This document shows, one piece after another, positions 36,633 to 52,139 of a DNA stretch of 64,000 bases. The position numbers and the translations under genes were made by a program. Numbering within the stretch: position 1 is the first letter of the stretch; each line of letters opens with the position of its first letter. The notes beneath the pieces were generated by a model. The model made no database searches. It was not told the origin of the DNA and was given only the letters and a program-made list of their open reading frames with translations. Source of the DNA: Anthoceros angustus (Eukaryota > Plantae > Anthocerotophyta); the NCBI GenBank assembly GCA_010909165.1, contig MU008223.1, positions 62,001 through 126,000 of the forward strand, given 5' to 3'.

Positions 36633-39600
36633 TTCCTAGACTACATCGCATAAATGCAAGCTGACCTATGGTGTCATTTCAAGCAAAGCTGATGTTTAGA
36701 GATATATTTTAAAATCCGATCCCATGGAAGGATTTTCAAGTTCGCACCATAGGTCTCTAATTCATAAGCAACCCCATGTGTGAGAGATCCAGATATGCCC
36801 AGCCCTCCTTGGTATGAGTATATCACATTTGTAGCGTACACGGATGATTGTGTAAAGGCATGCAAGTGTCCGGCAATTTCCCGTCGGCCGGTTGGTACAT
36901 AGTTAGACGCCTATCGAATCAACCAAGAAGTAAACTCTTCATGCACTCTTGATCGATCAGCAAATCCAGCGTTCATAGAGAGCTCATGTATGCACCATAT
37001 TGCACCTCATAGCACCATTTCTGGTCCAATCAACAGAAAAAAACCACCGTGGTAGCAAAGTGTGTCTGTTTTCGCTTAGTGCCACTTATCACAAACTATG
37101 TATTGGCAGCAACAGCAGTCAAGCGATGTTCATCATTCCCGCGCAATCCGAGCATGGCGGCAGCAGCAAAAAGCATCGCCCCATCCGATCGGCGCGCTCA
37201 AGAGGCCCTTGCCTTCACACACCGATAGCGGCAAGCATGCATCCATTTGATGAGCATCGTTTTTGTCTCACAAACTCACATACATCATTGCAAACCACGT
37301 CGTCCGTATGCATCTTAGTCTCCATCATCACACACCCATGTATCATTGTCACAAACAGGCACCTCGCATCTTTCTCTCCAAGTCGCTCAGTCTAAGCATC
37401 ACACACTTCCTTGCAACAAAGCACGTCCACTACTTGTATCATTTTTCTTGGTTACATCATACCATCCATCATGCATTCGCAGTGAGCAAACGTCGTCATC
37501 AATCAACCAGCATCGTCATTTTCCGGCCCTCGTCTTTATTGGTTGCTCAAAGTCGATCCTTTCAGCATCGACACCCCCGTGAGATGGTTCATCAAGCACA
37601 TCACGTGAATCATCCGGTCAAGCATGTTGAGATGCACAAGACCGCATCACGGATCCAGCAGTTGTGACAAAAAAAGCGATCGCCCATCCGGTCATGCTTT
37701 AGATCGACAACCCGGATCTATCATGCATCCGGCATCCATCATCCGTTGACAGCCGTGCTAATCACCGACACCAATTCCCCAACGGTCATCGTGGTAGCAA
37801 AACCATCGGGCGTCTCACGCTTTGGCGCCATTTGCATGGTTCCAAGCAGCGAGCCACGCAGAAACCATATGGTCATCATTCCCCAACAAGCAATCCATGA
37901 GTGATGGCGCGGAGCGAAAAACCGAATCCTCAACCCGTCCGGTCGTCCAAAAGAGGCCGCCCACGGACCCCAATTTTCAGTGATCCTGCAGAGAGTCACC
38001 GCTGACATCCAACCGTGGTCGCACCTCAAACTATCGACGCCGTCCTCAAGCAATCATCTAGGCGCATCACCCGTCATCCATGCCGTCATCGCATTCTCAC
38101 AATCTTGTATCAGCACGTCAAGTGATTCCAGGATCCATCCGCCCCTTTCAACCGCATCCTGACGACGTACCCACCACCGCCACTTGCTGTGGTCAACCGA
38201 TTGACAATCCATGTAGCAATCTAGCACCCACCGGTAGCAATGCGGCACGATCACACAACCCCGTCAACCGCAAAGCCACGTGGTAGTAAAAAGTCGCCGC
38301 ACACTGCCGCATTTGTATGGCTCCATGCATCGGTAATCAGTCAAACCGATGGTCATCAAGCAAACCATGAGCGATGGCATCGGGAGCAAAGAAACCATCA
38401 ATCGCCCAACCCGTCCGATCAAAAAGCGCGCCAGAGGCCCTTGTCCGGTTCCCAATCAAGCAATCTTGTGACAGCAGAACATCCCATCCGGTAGAACGCA
38501 AAACTAGGTTGCCCCACCTATTTTATCATCCGTAGCATAATGTTTATCCATCGCCACCATATGCTATCCTATAAAACATCATATGTAATCTTGTCCCAGA
38601 ATCGCCAAATGAAGCCAAACGATACCATCATTATTCACCTAAGCAGACCTTGAGTCGATCCCAAAGGATGACAATTCCGAGACATGCATCCAATACGAGG
38701 CATCCAAAAATGAAGCGAACAACGACACATTCATAGCCACGCCCGATCACGAAGTATCTTGTGTTGATCAAACGGTATTTTGAACCGTAAGACACAAACC
38801 CTAGCAATCATTGAGTCATCTATCCAATCGCTTCTAGATGCGAGAAAACAACTTTGAAGTTTAGAAGACTAGACCATGGATGACCAAATCAAGGTCTAGC
38901 TTCTTGGATGAACAAAGATGGTGTTGGTCAACACCTCCCCTTCCCTTCTTGACCACCAAAAGGGATCATCGCGGATCCTTGGTGAGACGGGATCCATTGC
39001 ACATCCACTAATTCTAAGGTTGCATAAGTAGAAGAGAGGAGAAAAGGTTCAACCTTGGTAGCCATGGCTAGCTTGGGGAGGCAACGCGACAAAGAGACCA
39101 AGGTACTAAGTAAGGTGATCACGCAAATAGAGGCGGAGCAATAGAGAGAATGACAATCATCAAAGGTAGAGGCTAAGCATAGGAGAGGAAGGAGGAACCC
39201 CAACCAAAGTTTGGAGGAAGGGATTTCATTGGGTAGCAAATTCTATCCAACCACCGGCTCACAAGTTATATAATCCTATCAGCCCATTCCTACCAATGAT
39301 AACCCACAAGGAATCAACCCATCTTTAACAAACATGCACATAGGTCGATCCCTCATTTATAGCCTAGTAGTATATATAAAAGTGAAACAAGGTCCGAGGT
39401 CATAAATGTACATGGCCCATATGAGGTGTTAATATGCCCAAGTGGGTAAGGCACTATGTCCTTCTACCAATAAAAGGTGATAGCCATTGGAAAAAGGCCA
39501 GCATATTCATATTCTATTCACTCCATAGTTATCAAGAGTCTAATGGTGCATTTTTATGGGTTAGACACTCTCTAAGGTCAAAAACAAAACATATGAAAGA

Positions 39601-39910
39601 TACTTATGAATGCAAACATCACGCTTCCAAGTTTATTATCCAAAAAGACAAATAAAACCTGCATACATATTAGACTCTTGAATTAAAATTTATCTCAAAA
39701 ATCAAGGAAAACAACCATATTAGTAAGAAAATAATAAAGGTAAATAATAAAATCAACAAAATTCCTTCACAAATTAGTATTACGTAAACATTGAAGGAAT
39801 AGATTTACTAGTTCATCGATGGGATGTTTGGGATGGATAAACATCATTTAGAAGCACCAATCTATGGGCACAAAGGAAAATTCATGGATCTCATAGGAAC
39901 ATAACTCTCT
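36633..39910. mobile_element. 3.3-kb non-coding unit 'A' bounded by GATA arrays
   Basis: Its left end (ttcctagactacatcgcataaatgc) recurs at 41003 and its right end recurs at 32506-32574, each abutting GATA. It has internal sub-repeats at ~37790 and ~38280. Confidence 0.75.
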
Positions 39911-41002
<1,092 letters not shown>

Positions 41003-44000
41003 TTCCTAGACTACATCGCATAAATGCGCCCGACCTAGCTGGTCATTTCAAGCAAAGCTGTTTAGAGATATATTTTAAAATCCGTAATCCTGTGGAAGGA
41101 TTTTCCGTTCGCACCATAGGTCTCCTAATTAAGCAACCCCATGTGTGAGAGATCCAAGATCCGCCCACCTCCATTGGTATGAGTATATCACATTTGTAAG
41201 CACACGGATGATTGTGTAAAGGCATGCAATGTGTCCGCAATTTCCGGCCACGGGTAGTTAGATGTTACATCGAATCGATGTGAAGTGAACCAAGATATGT
41301 CTATAAGCACTCTTCCATTTTCAGCATGCTAGCAACTGTGATCAACAGGCAAATAGGAACATCACCGCTTCATGAGAGAGAAAAATCATGCATGTCACCA
41401 TTAATTTCCGTGGTTGTCAAAGTAGCGTAATGCACAGTTCACCATTTGTGGTCCATGGTTGGTATGTCACCGTAAGTTATCAAAACCTTTACCGCAAGCA
41501 TCCTTGTAGCAAGGGAGTAGTGTGCTATAGCTGTCTGCTTTCTCTCCAAAGCTGACCGCCTCAATATCACAAACCCACATGCATCCTTGCGAAGCGCTGT
41601 GCATCATTGCTTGCATTGTTTTCTCTAGGCCGCTCATCATCAATCATCAAACACCCACATGCATCCTTGCAAGTATATACAACGTGCATCCACATACATC
41701 GCTTTTTTCTCCGGCCATCATGAGTCTCAACCATTACATACCATCAGAGCAAGAAGCAAAGGCATCCACTTGATGAGCATCGCTTTTTTCGGCCGCTCAC
41801 TAGTCTCACTGCCTTAATTTCATACACATCCTTAAAGAAACAAAGCAAGGCCCATTGTCGTGATCATAGCTCCATCATCACACACCCATGTATCATTGTC
41901 ACCAATAGACGCGTTTACCTAGCTCGCATCTTTTTCTCCAAGTCGCTCACCGCCTCACCCATCACACACTTCCTCGCAGACCACCGTATCATTTTCTCAT
42001 CAAGTTGCACCAATCTCAATCACTACACATCCTCATGCATTCTCGCAGTAGATAAACGGCGCTTATTGCCGATCGTTTTCTCCGTGCCGCACGCTACCAC
42101 ATGCCATCACAAGCCCACATGCGGGTCAAGACCCGCCGCATCACCAGATCCCGGGTTGTGACAAAGGATTGGCAATGGCCATCCCCAAGTTTTAGATCGA
42201 CAACCTCGTCGATCCACCCATCCCGCCCATCCAAAGATCCGCCACCGAAAGACATCGTTAATCACCACAGACACCACCCAGCAATCAAAGGAACATCCAC
42301 CGTGGTAGCAAAACCATCGGGTCGTCTCACCGCTTTGCGCCACTTGTATGGCTCCAAGCATCGGCAGCCACGCAGTAACCATCAAACCATATGGTCATCA
42401 TTCCCAGAAGCAATCCATGAGCGATGGCGGGAGCAAAACCAGCAATCCTCCAACCCGTCCCGCGTCCAAAAGAGGCCAGCAGACAATAATCAGCCCCGCC
42501 CACAGCCCTTTTTTTCCTTGCCCATAGTCGATCCTCACCGAGGCGTCGACACCTCCGTGAGACGGGTCACCAAGCAAATCGGTAGCCGCATGGTCATCCT
42601 GCTCACGCTTTAGATCGACGACAACCCGTTCCGATCCACCCATGACATATCCAAAGACCCACCAGTGGGAAAAGACGCCGTGGCTATGCACCGCAGACAT
42701 CAATTTCAGCAGCTAACAGCAGCACCATCGTGGAAGCAAAACCAACAGCGTTGCTGCAGCACCACTGCACGCGCCACTTTGTATGGCTCCAAGCACGCAG
42801 CCAGGAACCCTCAACCGAGATAATCATTCCTAGCAAGCAATCCATGAGCGATGGCGGGGAGCAAGAAACCAGCCGTCCAACCCGTCCGATCAAAAAGCGC
42901 CCAAAGAGGCCCTTGTCCTCACGGACTCCCAATATTCCGCAATCTTACAAGATACCAAGCAGTACATCCAACCGTGCAGTAACGCTGCAAAACTAGATCG
43001 ACATCCCTACCGCAAAGCGAGCATCCGTAGCACAATATCTATCTCGCATGCTATCTTCTGAAGCCATTCACATGCAATCTTGTGCTCAGCAGATCGTCCA
43101 GTGAAGCCAAACAGTCAGCATACCACCTATTTTCTGTCATTCAACCTGCGTACGTTGTCCTCCCACGGCCACCGTCATTCCTTGCTACATGTATCAAACA
43201 TCGACATCAGTCTCACAGAGTGCAGTCAGAGCTACGCAAGATGCAGTCAGATGCTTCACCTAAGCAGGACCTTGAGTCAAGATCCCAAAGGATGACGATT
43301 CCAGTACATGCATCCAATACGAGGCATCCAGACAAAAATTGCAGCACGAACAACGACACATTCATATAGCCACGTCACGGAGCCTAAGTATCTTGTGTTG
43401 ATCAAACCGTATTTTGAATGTAAGACACAAACCCTAGTATCATTGAGTCATCTATCCACCGCTTCTAGATCATACCGAAAAACAACTTGAGGTTTAGAAG
43501 ACTAGACCGGATGACCAAATCAAGGTCTAGCTTCTTGATGCACAGATGGTGTTGGTCAACACCCTCCCCTTCCCTTCTTCACCACCAAAAGGGATCATCG
43601 TTTGCTCGATCCTTGGTGAGACGGGATCCATTGCACATCCACTAATTCTAAGGTTGCATAGTGAAGTAAAAGAGAGGAGAAAAGGTTCAACCTTGGTAGC
43701 CATGGCTAGCTTGGGGAGGCAACGCGACAAAGAGACCAAGGTACTAAGTAAGGTGATCACGCAAATAGAGGGCGGAGCAATAGAGAATGACAATCATCAA
43801 AGGTAGAGGCTAAGCATAGGAGGGAAGGGAGGAACCCCAACCAAAGTTTGGAGGAAGGGATTTCATTGCAAATTCTATCCAACCACCGCTCACAAGTTAT
43901 ATAATCCTATTGGGCAGCCATTCCTACCAATGATAACCCACAAGGAATCAACCCATCTTTAACAAACATGCACATAGGTCGATCCTCATTTATAGCCTAG

Positions 44001-44186
44001 TAGTATATATTAAAAGTGAAACAAGGTCCGAGGTCATAAATGTACACATGGCCCATATGAGGTGTTAATATGCCCAAGTGGGTAAGGCACTATGTCCTTC
44101 TACCAATAAAAGGTGATAGCCAAAAAAGGCATATTCATATTCTATTCACTCCATAGTTATCAAGAGTCTAATGGTGCATTTTTATG
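41003..44186. mobile_element. Unit A, second diverged copy, right end truncated
   Basis: 41003-41240 matches 36633-36865, and 43255-44186 matches 38635-39558. Sub-repeats at ~42300 and ~42730. Confidence 0.8.
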
Positions 44187-45229
44187 AGGTTCCAATGGAC
44201 AATGATCCGGCTACCGCCTCTTACTCGACCGCCCAGCAGTCGGATATCACCACCAGGGTCCTCTCCAGCCTCGATCGCCGTTGCCGGCCCTATCTTCCCT
44301 TCGCCTTGAGGCCCGCACCACCCCTTCTTCCTCCTTTGGGCGGTTGTAGCCCCTCAGACCTCAAGGTCCATCGCCTGGTCCTCCGGAGGTTCTTGGACCG
44401 CACCTCCTTGACCGCCAAGATCTTCTGGCGAACTCCCGACCAGTGAAACGCCGACACGTGCTGACCGCATCCAGAAGCATCCGTGCACCACCTCCGCTTC
44501 CTCCGCCAGGGGCCAAAGTCGAGATAGCGCCGGGTCACAATGTTGCGCCCACGAGGTTCCATGGCTCCCAAACTTCCGCAGCTTTTTTGGGTGCCATCGC
44601 CTGCCTCTCCGCCGTAGCCGACCGGAGTTCACCGGCACGATGCGCCTCCTTGCTCGCTTCCAACCCCGGCGGAACTACGGCCGAAGGTGCCGGGCGCTCA
44701 AAGAGATAGCGCCAGAGCCGGGTTGGAGCGCAGAGAATTGTCTAGGCGCGCAAATGACCTTCCTTCGCCGCGCCGGAGTAACCGGGCGGGCGCCTCTCGT
44801 CTGAATGCCAGAGTCTATGGCTTATTTCGACCTTACGCCTCTAGTTTACGCGCCACAGACGTTTTACGCCACGCGCAATCGCGGCGTGAATACCGCTATA
44901 ACGGCCTGGCGGGCTACGGCCTGCCACCAGCATGCCCGACCCACTCGTGGCCTGCCCACGTGGCGCCGCCTAGTCCGTCTCACGGCTCACTTCTGCCATT
45001 TCGGCATTTATCCGCTTTGGACTGGAGGAGTCCGGACTTATCCGTACTCCCGACGTAGTCGGCCATATAGTAGGTCCGGTACGCGTTGCCCACTCCACTG
45101 AGGTATACTCGGAAATAGGCTATCTATCGTGCTTATTCCTCCTTTTCCGCCTTATTTTATCCTCCGCTCCTACAAAAAAAACAAAACCCTACTTATTTCT
45201 TAACCCCCAAGGGAAGTCCGTAGTCCACA

Positions 45230-45722
45230 AGGATGATGAGTCGAGTTGAGCATTGAGGAGGATAATGAGTAGAGGATTAGAGTTTAGGTAATAATGGAAG
45301 GCCACAAGGAGAGACTAAGGGACGAATCCCAAATCTGTAACAAGAAGGTGCTCAAATTGTTGGAGGAGTTAGTCTTAGAGGTGGGGACAAAAATCGCGGC
45401 GTGGGTCGGGGGTCCCTGGACGCCCATGCTGGACTCCTTTCCGCTTAGGCATGGCCTACAGTTGTGTTGTGTTGTTGTAGGTTGGGAGTCGCTGAATTTT
45501 TGGAGCAGTGCAAGTGGTGTAGCTGCTGTAGAGGGAGAATTAGAGGGTGCCTTGCTTGTTGAGGGGGCTGAGGTTATGAATGGGTGTAGGCAACGATTGA
45601 TCTCTTAGAATCCGGCTATCCACACAAGTCTCATGGGACGAAGCCCAACGTGCTAAGCGACAGTGGGATAAGTGTGGCCATTAGAGGGTGAATCTCGGAA
45701 GCCTCAGGATTTTCCTCCCACA
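45230..45722. mobile_element. LTR-like family L, copy 4 (short)
   Basis: Reverse-complement match to 17396-17890 (shared spurious ORF MEGHK...). Ends TTTCCTCCCACA. Confidence 0.85.
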
Positions 45723-46679
45723 CTGTCCCGGATAAAAGGTGCTCCTGGCAGGTCCTGGATGTCCTTGCCATTGTTCTGAGTCATAACTGCTTGACTCTGC
45801 AAGCGAAATTTGCGGTGACAAGGGTGACCAGTTAGCTGCAGGACTTGTGGCCGGCTGCAGTGTTGGAGGTCAAATGTTGTCCTCAATGTGTTGTGGTGCA
45901 TCTGCTGCTGGCGGCGTTCTTGCCCTAGCTCAATCCTACAAGGGTAGGAGGAGCTCCATCCTTCTTCACCTTTCCCCTAGCCTCCCTGTCGACTTGAGCT
46001 CCCTCCTCCCTCCCTCTCCCCTCGCTTTTGCTCGCCAAGGGAGCGTCATATGGTCTGTGAAATAACACCATAATACTATACAGTCTGGTATATCATAAAC
46101 ACCTTGAAATTTTGGCTTTTTTTTCTTTTTTACGCTTTAGCTCCGCTTAGTACCCATCGGGCATAAAATCATCAATTATGGACTGGCTCGATTGACTAGG
46201 ATTATGGCACACCAATTGCAAGCTAGACCTGTAGGCCTAGTCATGCATATGACTAGGCCAAAATCTACCTTGCGACCTTCCAGCCTGAAATTGGCCAAGC
46301 CTGGGCATGATATGATCGTGCGGACACTGACGGCAGCTAGTTTCTGACCGACGAAGCCTTAGCTTGGTGCATGCTAATCAGAGCTCCAGCTTCGCCCAAA
46401 AAAAAAACAAAGGATGATTTGAATTGTCTAGAGCTAGTATCAAAATAGATACAGCATAGTAGGGTTGCTTTGTTTTTTTTTCCAATTTTAAAATAAAGAA
46501 AAAATTATACCATATGCAGAATTATGATGGGAACAAAACTGCCCAAAACAATTTTAAAGAATCTCATGAGAACAAAAAGATATAGTCTTCTATAGGTATC
46601 TAAGAAGTCTCAATTTGAGCTCTTTGAACTTAACTACGGGGTTAAGTCCAACGTTTTCTACGCTTTACATGTCATGCTA

Positions 46680-47098
46680 TACCATGTCTACCCATGAATC
46701 ATGAGGCCCACCCATTTGAAAATATGAGAGCCTGTCTCTTCCGCACTTCTTTGGGTACTTGCTCATAGAAAATTTTCGCCTGTTTACATATTTGACCATC
46801 TTTTGCGGCTCCTCCCTTCTCTGCCACAAACCAATCATACAACATTTTCTCAACTTCAGGAGATGCACAAGGTCGCAAGCGTCTGCGTTGCAAGTCGTGT
46901 TGTTTGACACTTTGGATAATGCGTTCTTTCTTGATGACTCGCTTGATGGTTGCCACTGAGACCTTCACTCGAAAATGGCCAATGGCCCATTCACTTAGCG
47001 CCTTGTGAGTGATTGGTTTATTAGCTTCTCTGTGGGCTAAAATGTCTTTTCTTCTTTTGTTGCATGTGCAATATCACTCTTCTCTTGGTAGCTCTCAT
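46680..47098 (-). pseudogene. pogo/Tigger (CENP-B-like) transposase N-terminal double HTH fragment
   Basis: KALSEWAIGHFRVKVSVATIKRVIK...RRRLRPCASPEVEKMLYDWF...ICKQAKIFY...IFSNGW. No DDE domain follows. Confidence 0.75.
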
Positions 47099-47614
47099 GC
47101 TTACAAGTCCAAACATTCAAGACACGGACGCAAACGAGTCCTTAAACGTTTGGCCACGCCAGGCCTGTTCGGTGGACGTTAAGAGTAGTTAGTAGTAAAG
47201 CATGAGCGGGCGCTGAGTCAAAAGGCCATGACGTGAGGTGAGAAACGGTTGAGACGTGCCAAACGGAACCTATCATTCTCTTGGGAACGGACCTCTTGTT
47301 ACAACAATAATCTAACGCCTCAGCCACAAGAAAGTCGCGCCATATTTTTTGCGCCGTTGCCGGGGAATGAGACCGCCGTGAGCATAGTACGAAGGTGGGA
47401 GTGAATGCGAGAGACGAGAGGTAGTTAAGAACAAATCGCCGGCGGACGTCGTCCGCCAAGAGAGCCTGTGAGCTGGGAGCGAGAAAGGCGGCAGGCTCAA
47501 CGCGAAGGTCCCAGCAGTGTAAGTGGAAGCATGGTAGAGTTATCGCACGAGGAGGACGAGTGCAAAGTCCGCAAGGGTGGGACGGTGAACCCTCAACCAC
47601 TGCTGGTCGCAGCG

Positions 47615-50600
47615 ATGGCTACGACGTCAACAAAGCAAGCATACTCCCTCTTTGGGGGTAAGAAGGAGAGGGACGAGGAAACCTTCGTGGAAGATTTCAT
47701 GTCACGGGCGAATTTCAACGGAGAATGCACGGATGCACAGCTTATTCAACGGTTTCAGGGGGTTCTTCGAGGAACGGCGGCTCAATGGTACCGGAGGAAG
47801 TATCCGGCACCACAGAACGCCCCTCCTGCGACCTTTGAAGCTCTGAAGGATGCCTTCCTGGAGAGATTCCGGGGAATCGACCAGGAAGGCTACGTCCTGT
47901 CAAAGCTCGAGAATTGGAAGAGGGGTAAGACGGAGAAGCTGGGTTCGTACATCGAGCGGTTCTACGCCCTCCGAGACCGGCACCCCACCCACACCACCAT
48001 GCGTGATGATGGTTGCGCCTACCCAAGCCTATGGCACATGTGCTTGCCGAGAAAGATGTGAGTAAGGCGGTTCGGGCGGCCGAGAACTACGAAGAGTCGA
48101 TGCACCAACGAAGAACGAAGACGACCCAAGGAGGGAAGAAGAAGAAGAAGAGAAGGAGTTCGGAGTCCGAAGATGAGGAGCCCTCGGAAGAGGAAGGTGA
48201 GGAGACCGAGGTTTCTTTGGAGGAGGAGGAGGAGATCTCAGAAGTGGAGTCCAAAGTCTCTACGGAGGAGGAAGAACCCCGTCGCAAAAACAAAAAGAAG
48301 AAGGCCGTGGTGAAATGGAGAGGCGAGAAAAAGGAGGTCGTGATGCTTGCCCCGGTGCGAGAGGCTCCAACTGATCCAGCTCCCTTAAAGGAAGTAGCGG
48401 GCTTGAGGGAGGACTTGGAGCGGGTAATGAAGAGGGTGGAGGAGTTAACGATCAATCAGGTGAAAGATCGCGAGCGGCGGAAGGCGGCCACCACGGTCAG
48501 GACTCATTTATGGTGTGCGGTGTGCCACCAACATGGGCACTCGAAGGCTAACTGCCCCTCCAGACCCGTGAACCAAGTGGAGTACGACTACGAGGAAGAG
48601 TCCGAGGAGCAATGGGAGGACGCTTACCAAGTGCAGGAAGCTCCTCCGGGGCCGCGATACCCAAAGACGATGTATCCTTCGGCAGGGGGTCCGTCCATGC
48701 CTCGACCACCGATGCAACACCGCATGGGGGCACCCCCGGGAATCCTGGCGGTGGTCTGTTGGAATTGTGGCAACCCCGGGCACTACTCCAACGCCTGTCC
48801 GTACCCCACCAGGCAGGGTAATGGAGAATTCGAGCGCCTGTGTGGAGATTGTAAACAGGCAGGCCATATGGTGGGTAGCACCTTGTGTCCGAACCCTCGC
48901 ACAAGGGCGGTGCGCTACGCCACTCCTGCCGGGGAACCACGACCACCCACACCCCCCATTCCCAAGGCTGCGCCAGTACTGCAGACTGAAGATGCGCAAC
49001 TGGCGGAGTGGGAGGAGACGCTGAAGGAATCCGGAACGGTGGAACGCGAGGAAGGAACGATGGGTCCAAAGGAGGAGAAGGTGGCCATGGAGGTACTGGA
49101 GGTGTCATCCGAAGCCGCCGAAGAGAGCGGAAGGAGAGAAGGCAGCTGAAAAGGAAGAAGAACGGAGAGAGTACTGCGGATACGGAGGAGGGTACTCAAG
49201 CAAGGGAGGAAGATCCAGCCAAGGAAGGGGAGTTGAACCGGGCAGCTCCGCCGGAGGAATCGCCCGGTGAGAAATTTCCTGAGACAGGGAAGGGAAGCAC
49301 GGACCCACCCAAGGCACCACCCCAGTTTTCGCCGGATGTGGTTCGAGAGGTAACGGAGATGCTCAAGGAGGAAATTCGACAGGATCCGGAGGTGGTCCAC
49401 CCACAGCGAGGCGGGAGTGGGGACCCTTGGGAGTTGCAGCGGACACACGCGTGACTAAGGAGTCCCCCACGCCATTCAAGGTGGCGGACCTGATGATGAA
49501 CCAACAGCACCTAGTGTCGTTTCGGCAGCTGTTGAGAGATAACCCAAAGTACCGGCAGGAGGTCCAACGGGCCATCAAGGAGACACAACCACGACGGGGC
49601 ACCTCTGTCCGTAAAACCAACCTGGTGGAGGTAAGGGTGGTATCCCACACGGACCCATGAGTGCCGATAGTTCAGGTGGAAATCGCCGGATGTGTAATCA
49701 AGAACGTGCCCTTGGACACGGGTTCGGGGGTCAATCTCATCACGGAGGCCACGGCACGACGCTTGGGGTTCACTACGTTTGAGCCCTCCACCAAAACCCT
49801 CAGGATGACGGACATGTCGAGGCGCGCGCCTGCGGGGGAGCTGTCCGGAGTCCAAGCAAACATAGCAGGAGCACCCTACACGCTGGATTTTGTGGTCATC
49901 AAGCCCGAAGGACCTTTGGGGTACGAGGTGCTGGTAGGATGCCCCTAGCTCGGACTCGCCCAAATGAAACTACACTTTGGCAGGAAGGAGATCCATTTTA
50001 AACTAGTAGACTGGGATCCGAAGGTAAGGGAAGGACGGGTGGGGATCACCTGGAGCAAGGACACGTACTGTGGGGAAACCGTGAGGACCACGGAGGGGTA
50101 CACCTCCGCCGAGGATGATGGACGATAAACGGAGGATACGGACGGCCTATCCTTTCCCAAAATCTCGTGGGTCCGAGGAGGAGATGGACTATTGAGGGAC
50201 GCTGAGGAGGTCGCCGATTGCTTCCGGTGGACGCCGCGCCAAGCTAGGGAAGACGTAGAGAAGAGGGCCTCTGGATGACGAGGTGGCCCAAAGAAGTAAC
50301 CCGCTTCACCCCACTAACTTTTTCGGGAGTGGGGAATGCGCGAAGATGAACCACGGATGGAGGATGAAGGGTTTGGATGTAGTGAGGCTGCCACGGAGAG
50401 GGAGGCAGTCAATTCGGACGATGTGGAAGATGTGGAGGTACGACCCGACAAGTCCTTAAAGTTCCGGAAAGGCATGCCAACGGAGTTGAGGCGGGAACTT
50501 ACACAGCTGTTGGGGGAGTTCAGCGAAGTATTTGCTTTCAAAGTTACGGACATGAAGGGTATTCCAAAGCTGGGGAGAACATCGGATAGACTAAGCGTGC

Positions 50601-51195
50601 GTCCAAATTGACAAAGATAAATCGAATCCCAAACACTCGCTGAAGGTCAAGGAGGTCCTGACAAATATTTGAGGCAGACATCATCTTCCCTAATCAGAAC
50701 AAAGAAATGGGTGGCACCCATTGTGGTGGTACCCAAGCAAGCCCATGATTCAAGGCCGCCAGATTGGAGGAAACTCAATGCGCCACCGAGAAGGACCATT
50801 TTCCCATGCCTTCGTGGATGACATCGGACAAGGTGGGCCGAGTACTTACTCTTCCTAGACTGACATCTGACACAACCAACCCACATGAGGGAGCCTGCCG
50901 ACAAGACAACGCTCACGACGGAATGGGGACGTTCTCCACAAGAGAAGCGCCGGATGACGGAGCGGGTCATTCATGGATGGTGACCAATGTTTTGGGACTT
51001 CTGAGGGACTTCATGGAGGTGTTCCTAGACGACTTTTGTGCATGGTGAGGAGGACAAGCACGCCACACCAAAGTGCTTGAGCGGCGAGATTCACCGTGTC
51101 TTCACCCAGAAATGCTACTTGACGATTAAGGAATCCGCTGGGGCACGGGTATCGTAGGGATAGAGGTAGACCAAGACAAAGTTCGGGTCATCTAG
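47615..51195 (+). pseudogene. gag-pol: Ty3/gypsy (non-chromovirus-like) gag-PR-RT, 3' truncated
   Basis: Gag FQGVLRGTAAQWY...LKDAFLERF. Three CCHC knuckles. PR VPLDTGSGVNLI. RT WVAPIVVVPK, KDHFPMP, FMEVFLDDF, GIEVDQDKV. Confidence 0.92.
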
Positions 51196-52139
51196 TACTA
51201 GGAGAAGAGGTACAGATGCCCGAATTCAATTGCTTCCCTGCACAGGTGGAGGCTAGGCACTTGGTGGCATTTACAGTTTGCTAGAGAGCCCAACGATTAA
51301 TTGCATGGGTGTATGGCCGCCACCGGCCTATGTGCCGCCTTGAGATGATAGAGGAATGCTTTATAAACTTCACTATGCCACGGCAAGAACTTGAGGAACT
51401 GGAAAATAGGGATGTAAGGACCTGATCCAAGTCGATGTATATGGAAGGCCAAATGAGGAGGCTCAAGAGGGATTGCAATCATGGAGCTTGAAAGGAAGGT
51501 TGAGGAGAAAGGAGAAGAGAAAAGGAGAATAGGAAGTGTCATGAGTCGCTTGAGAAGGCTATGGACATGTTACAACGCGGGCATAAGTCTAGAGGGAAAG
51601 GTGGTTGGTGCACTGAAGAACTCAAGGAAGAGAAATGGAGAATGTTTGCTAAGATTCTCCTTGGATTGGTGAGTGCTCAACGGAAGACATATCTTAGTGA
51701 TGCGCAGTTGTATTTCATTTGGGGGTTGTCTAGGGGGGCTACTCCGGATTGGGGAATGGTAATGTATGATGTTTTTACTGCACATCGCGCAAGGTTGCTT
51801 ATGCCCAATGCGAGGAATCCAAGAGCACGCAGAAATACGTACCTGAACTAATCTAATCCCCCTGTCTCAACTTGGATCAGCCTTACAGACCTACCCAAAT
51901 CGGCTGAATGACGGAAAATCAAGAAATGCTCAAGGCAATCCCACTCTATTCCCACCTAAAACAGCTGATCTTGGCTGTGAGAATGCCAAGGCGCAGGACT
52001 TGGGACTCTTGTCTAGCGTATCCGGTCCCAACCAACACACAAAGCTTGAAATCAAGAGGGTTAGACTTCCACATCGAGCGCTTTGTCTTTCCATATCCTT
52101 CTAGCAACTCCCACTTTGAGTAACATCTTCTTTTCATTG

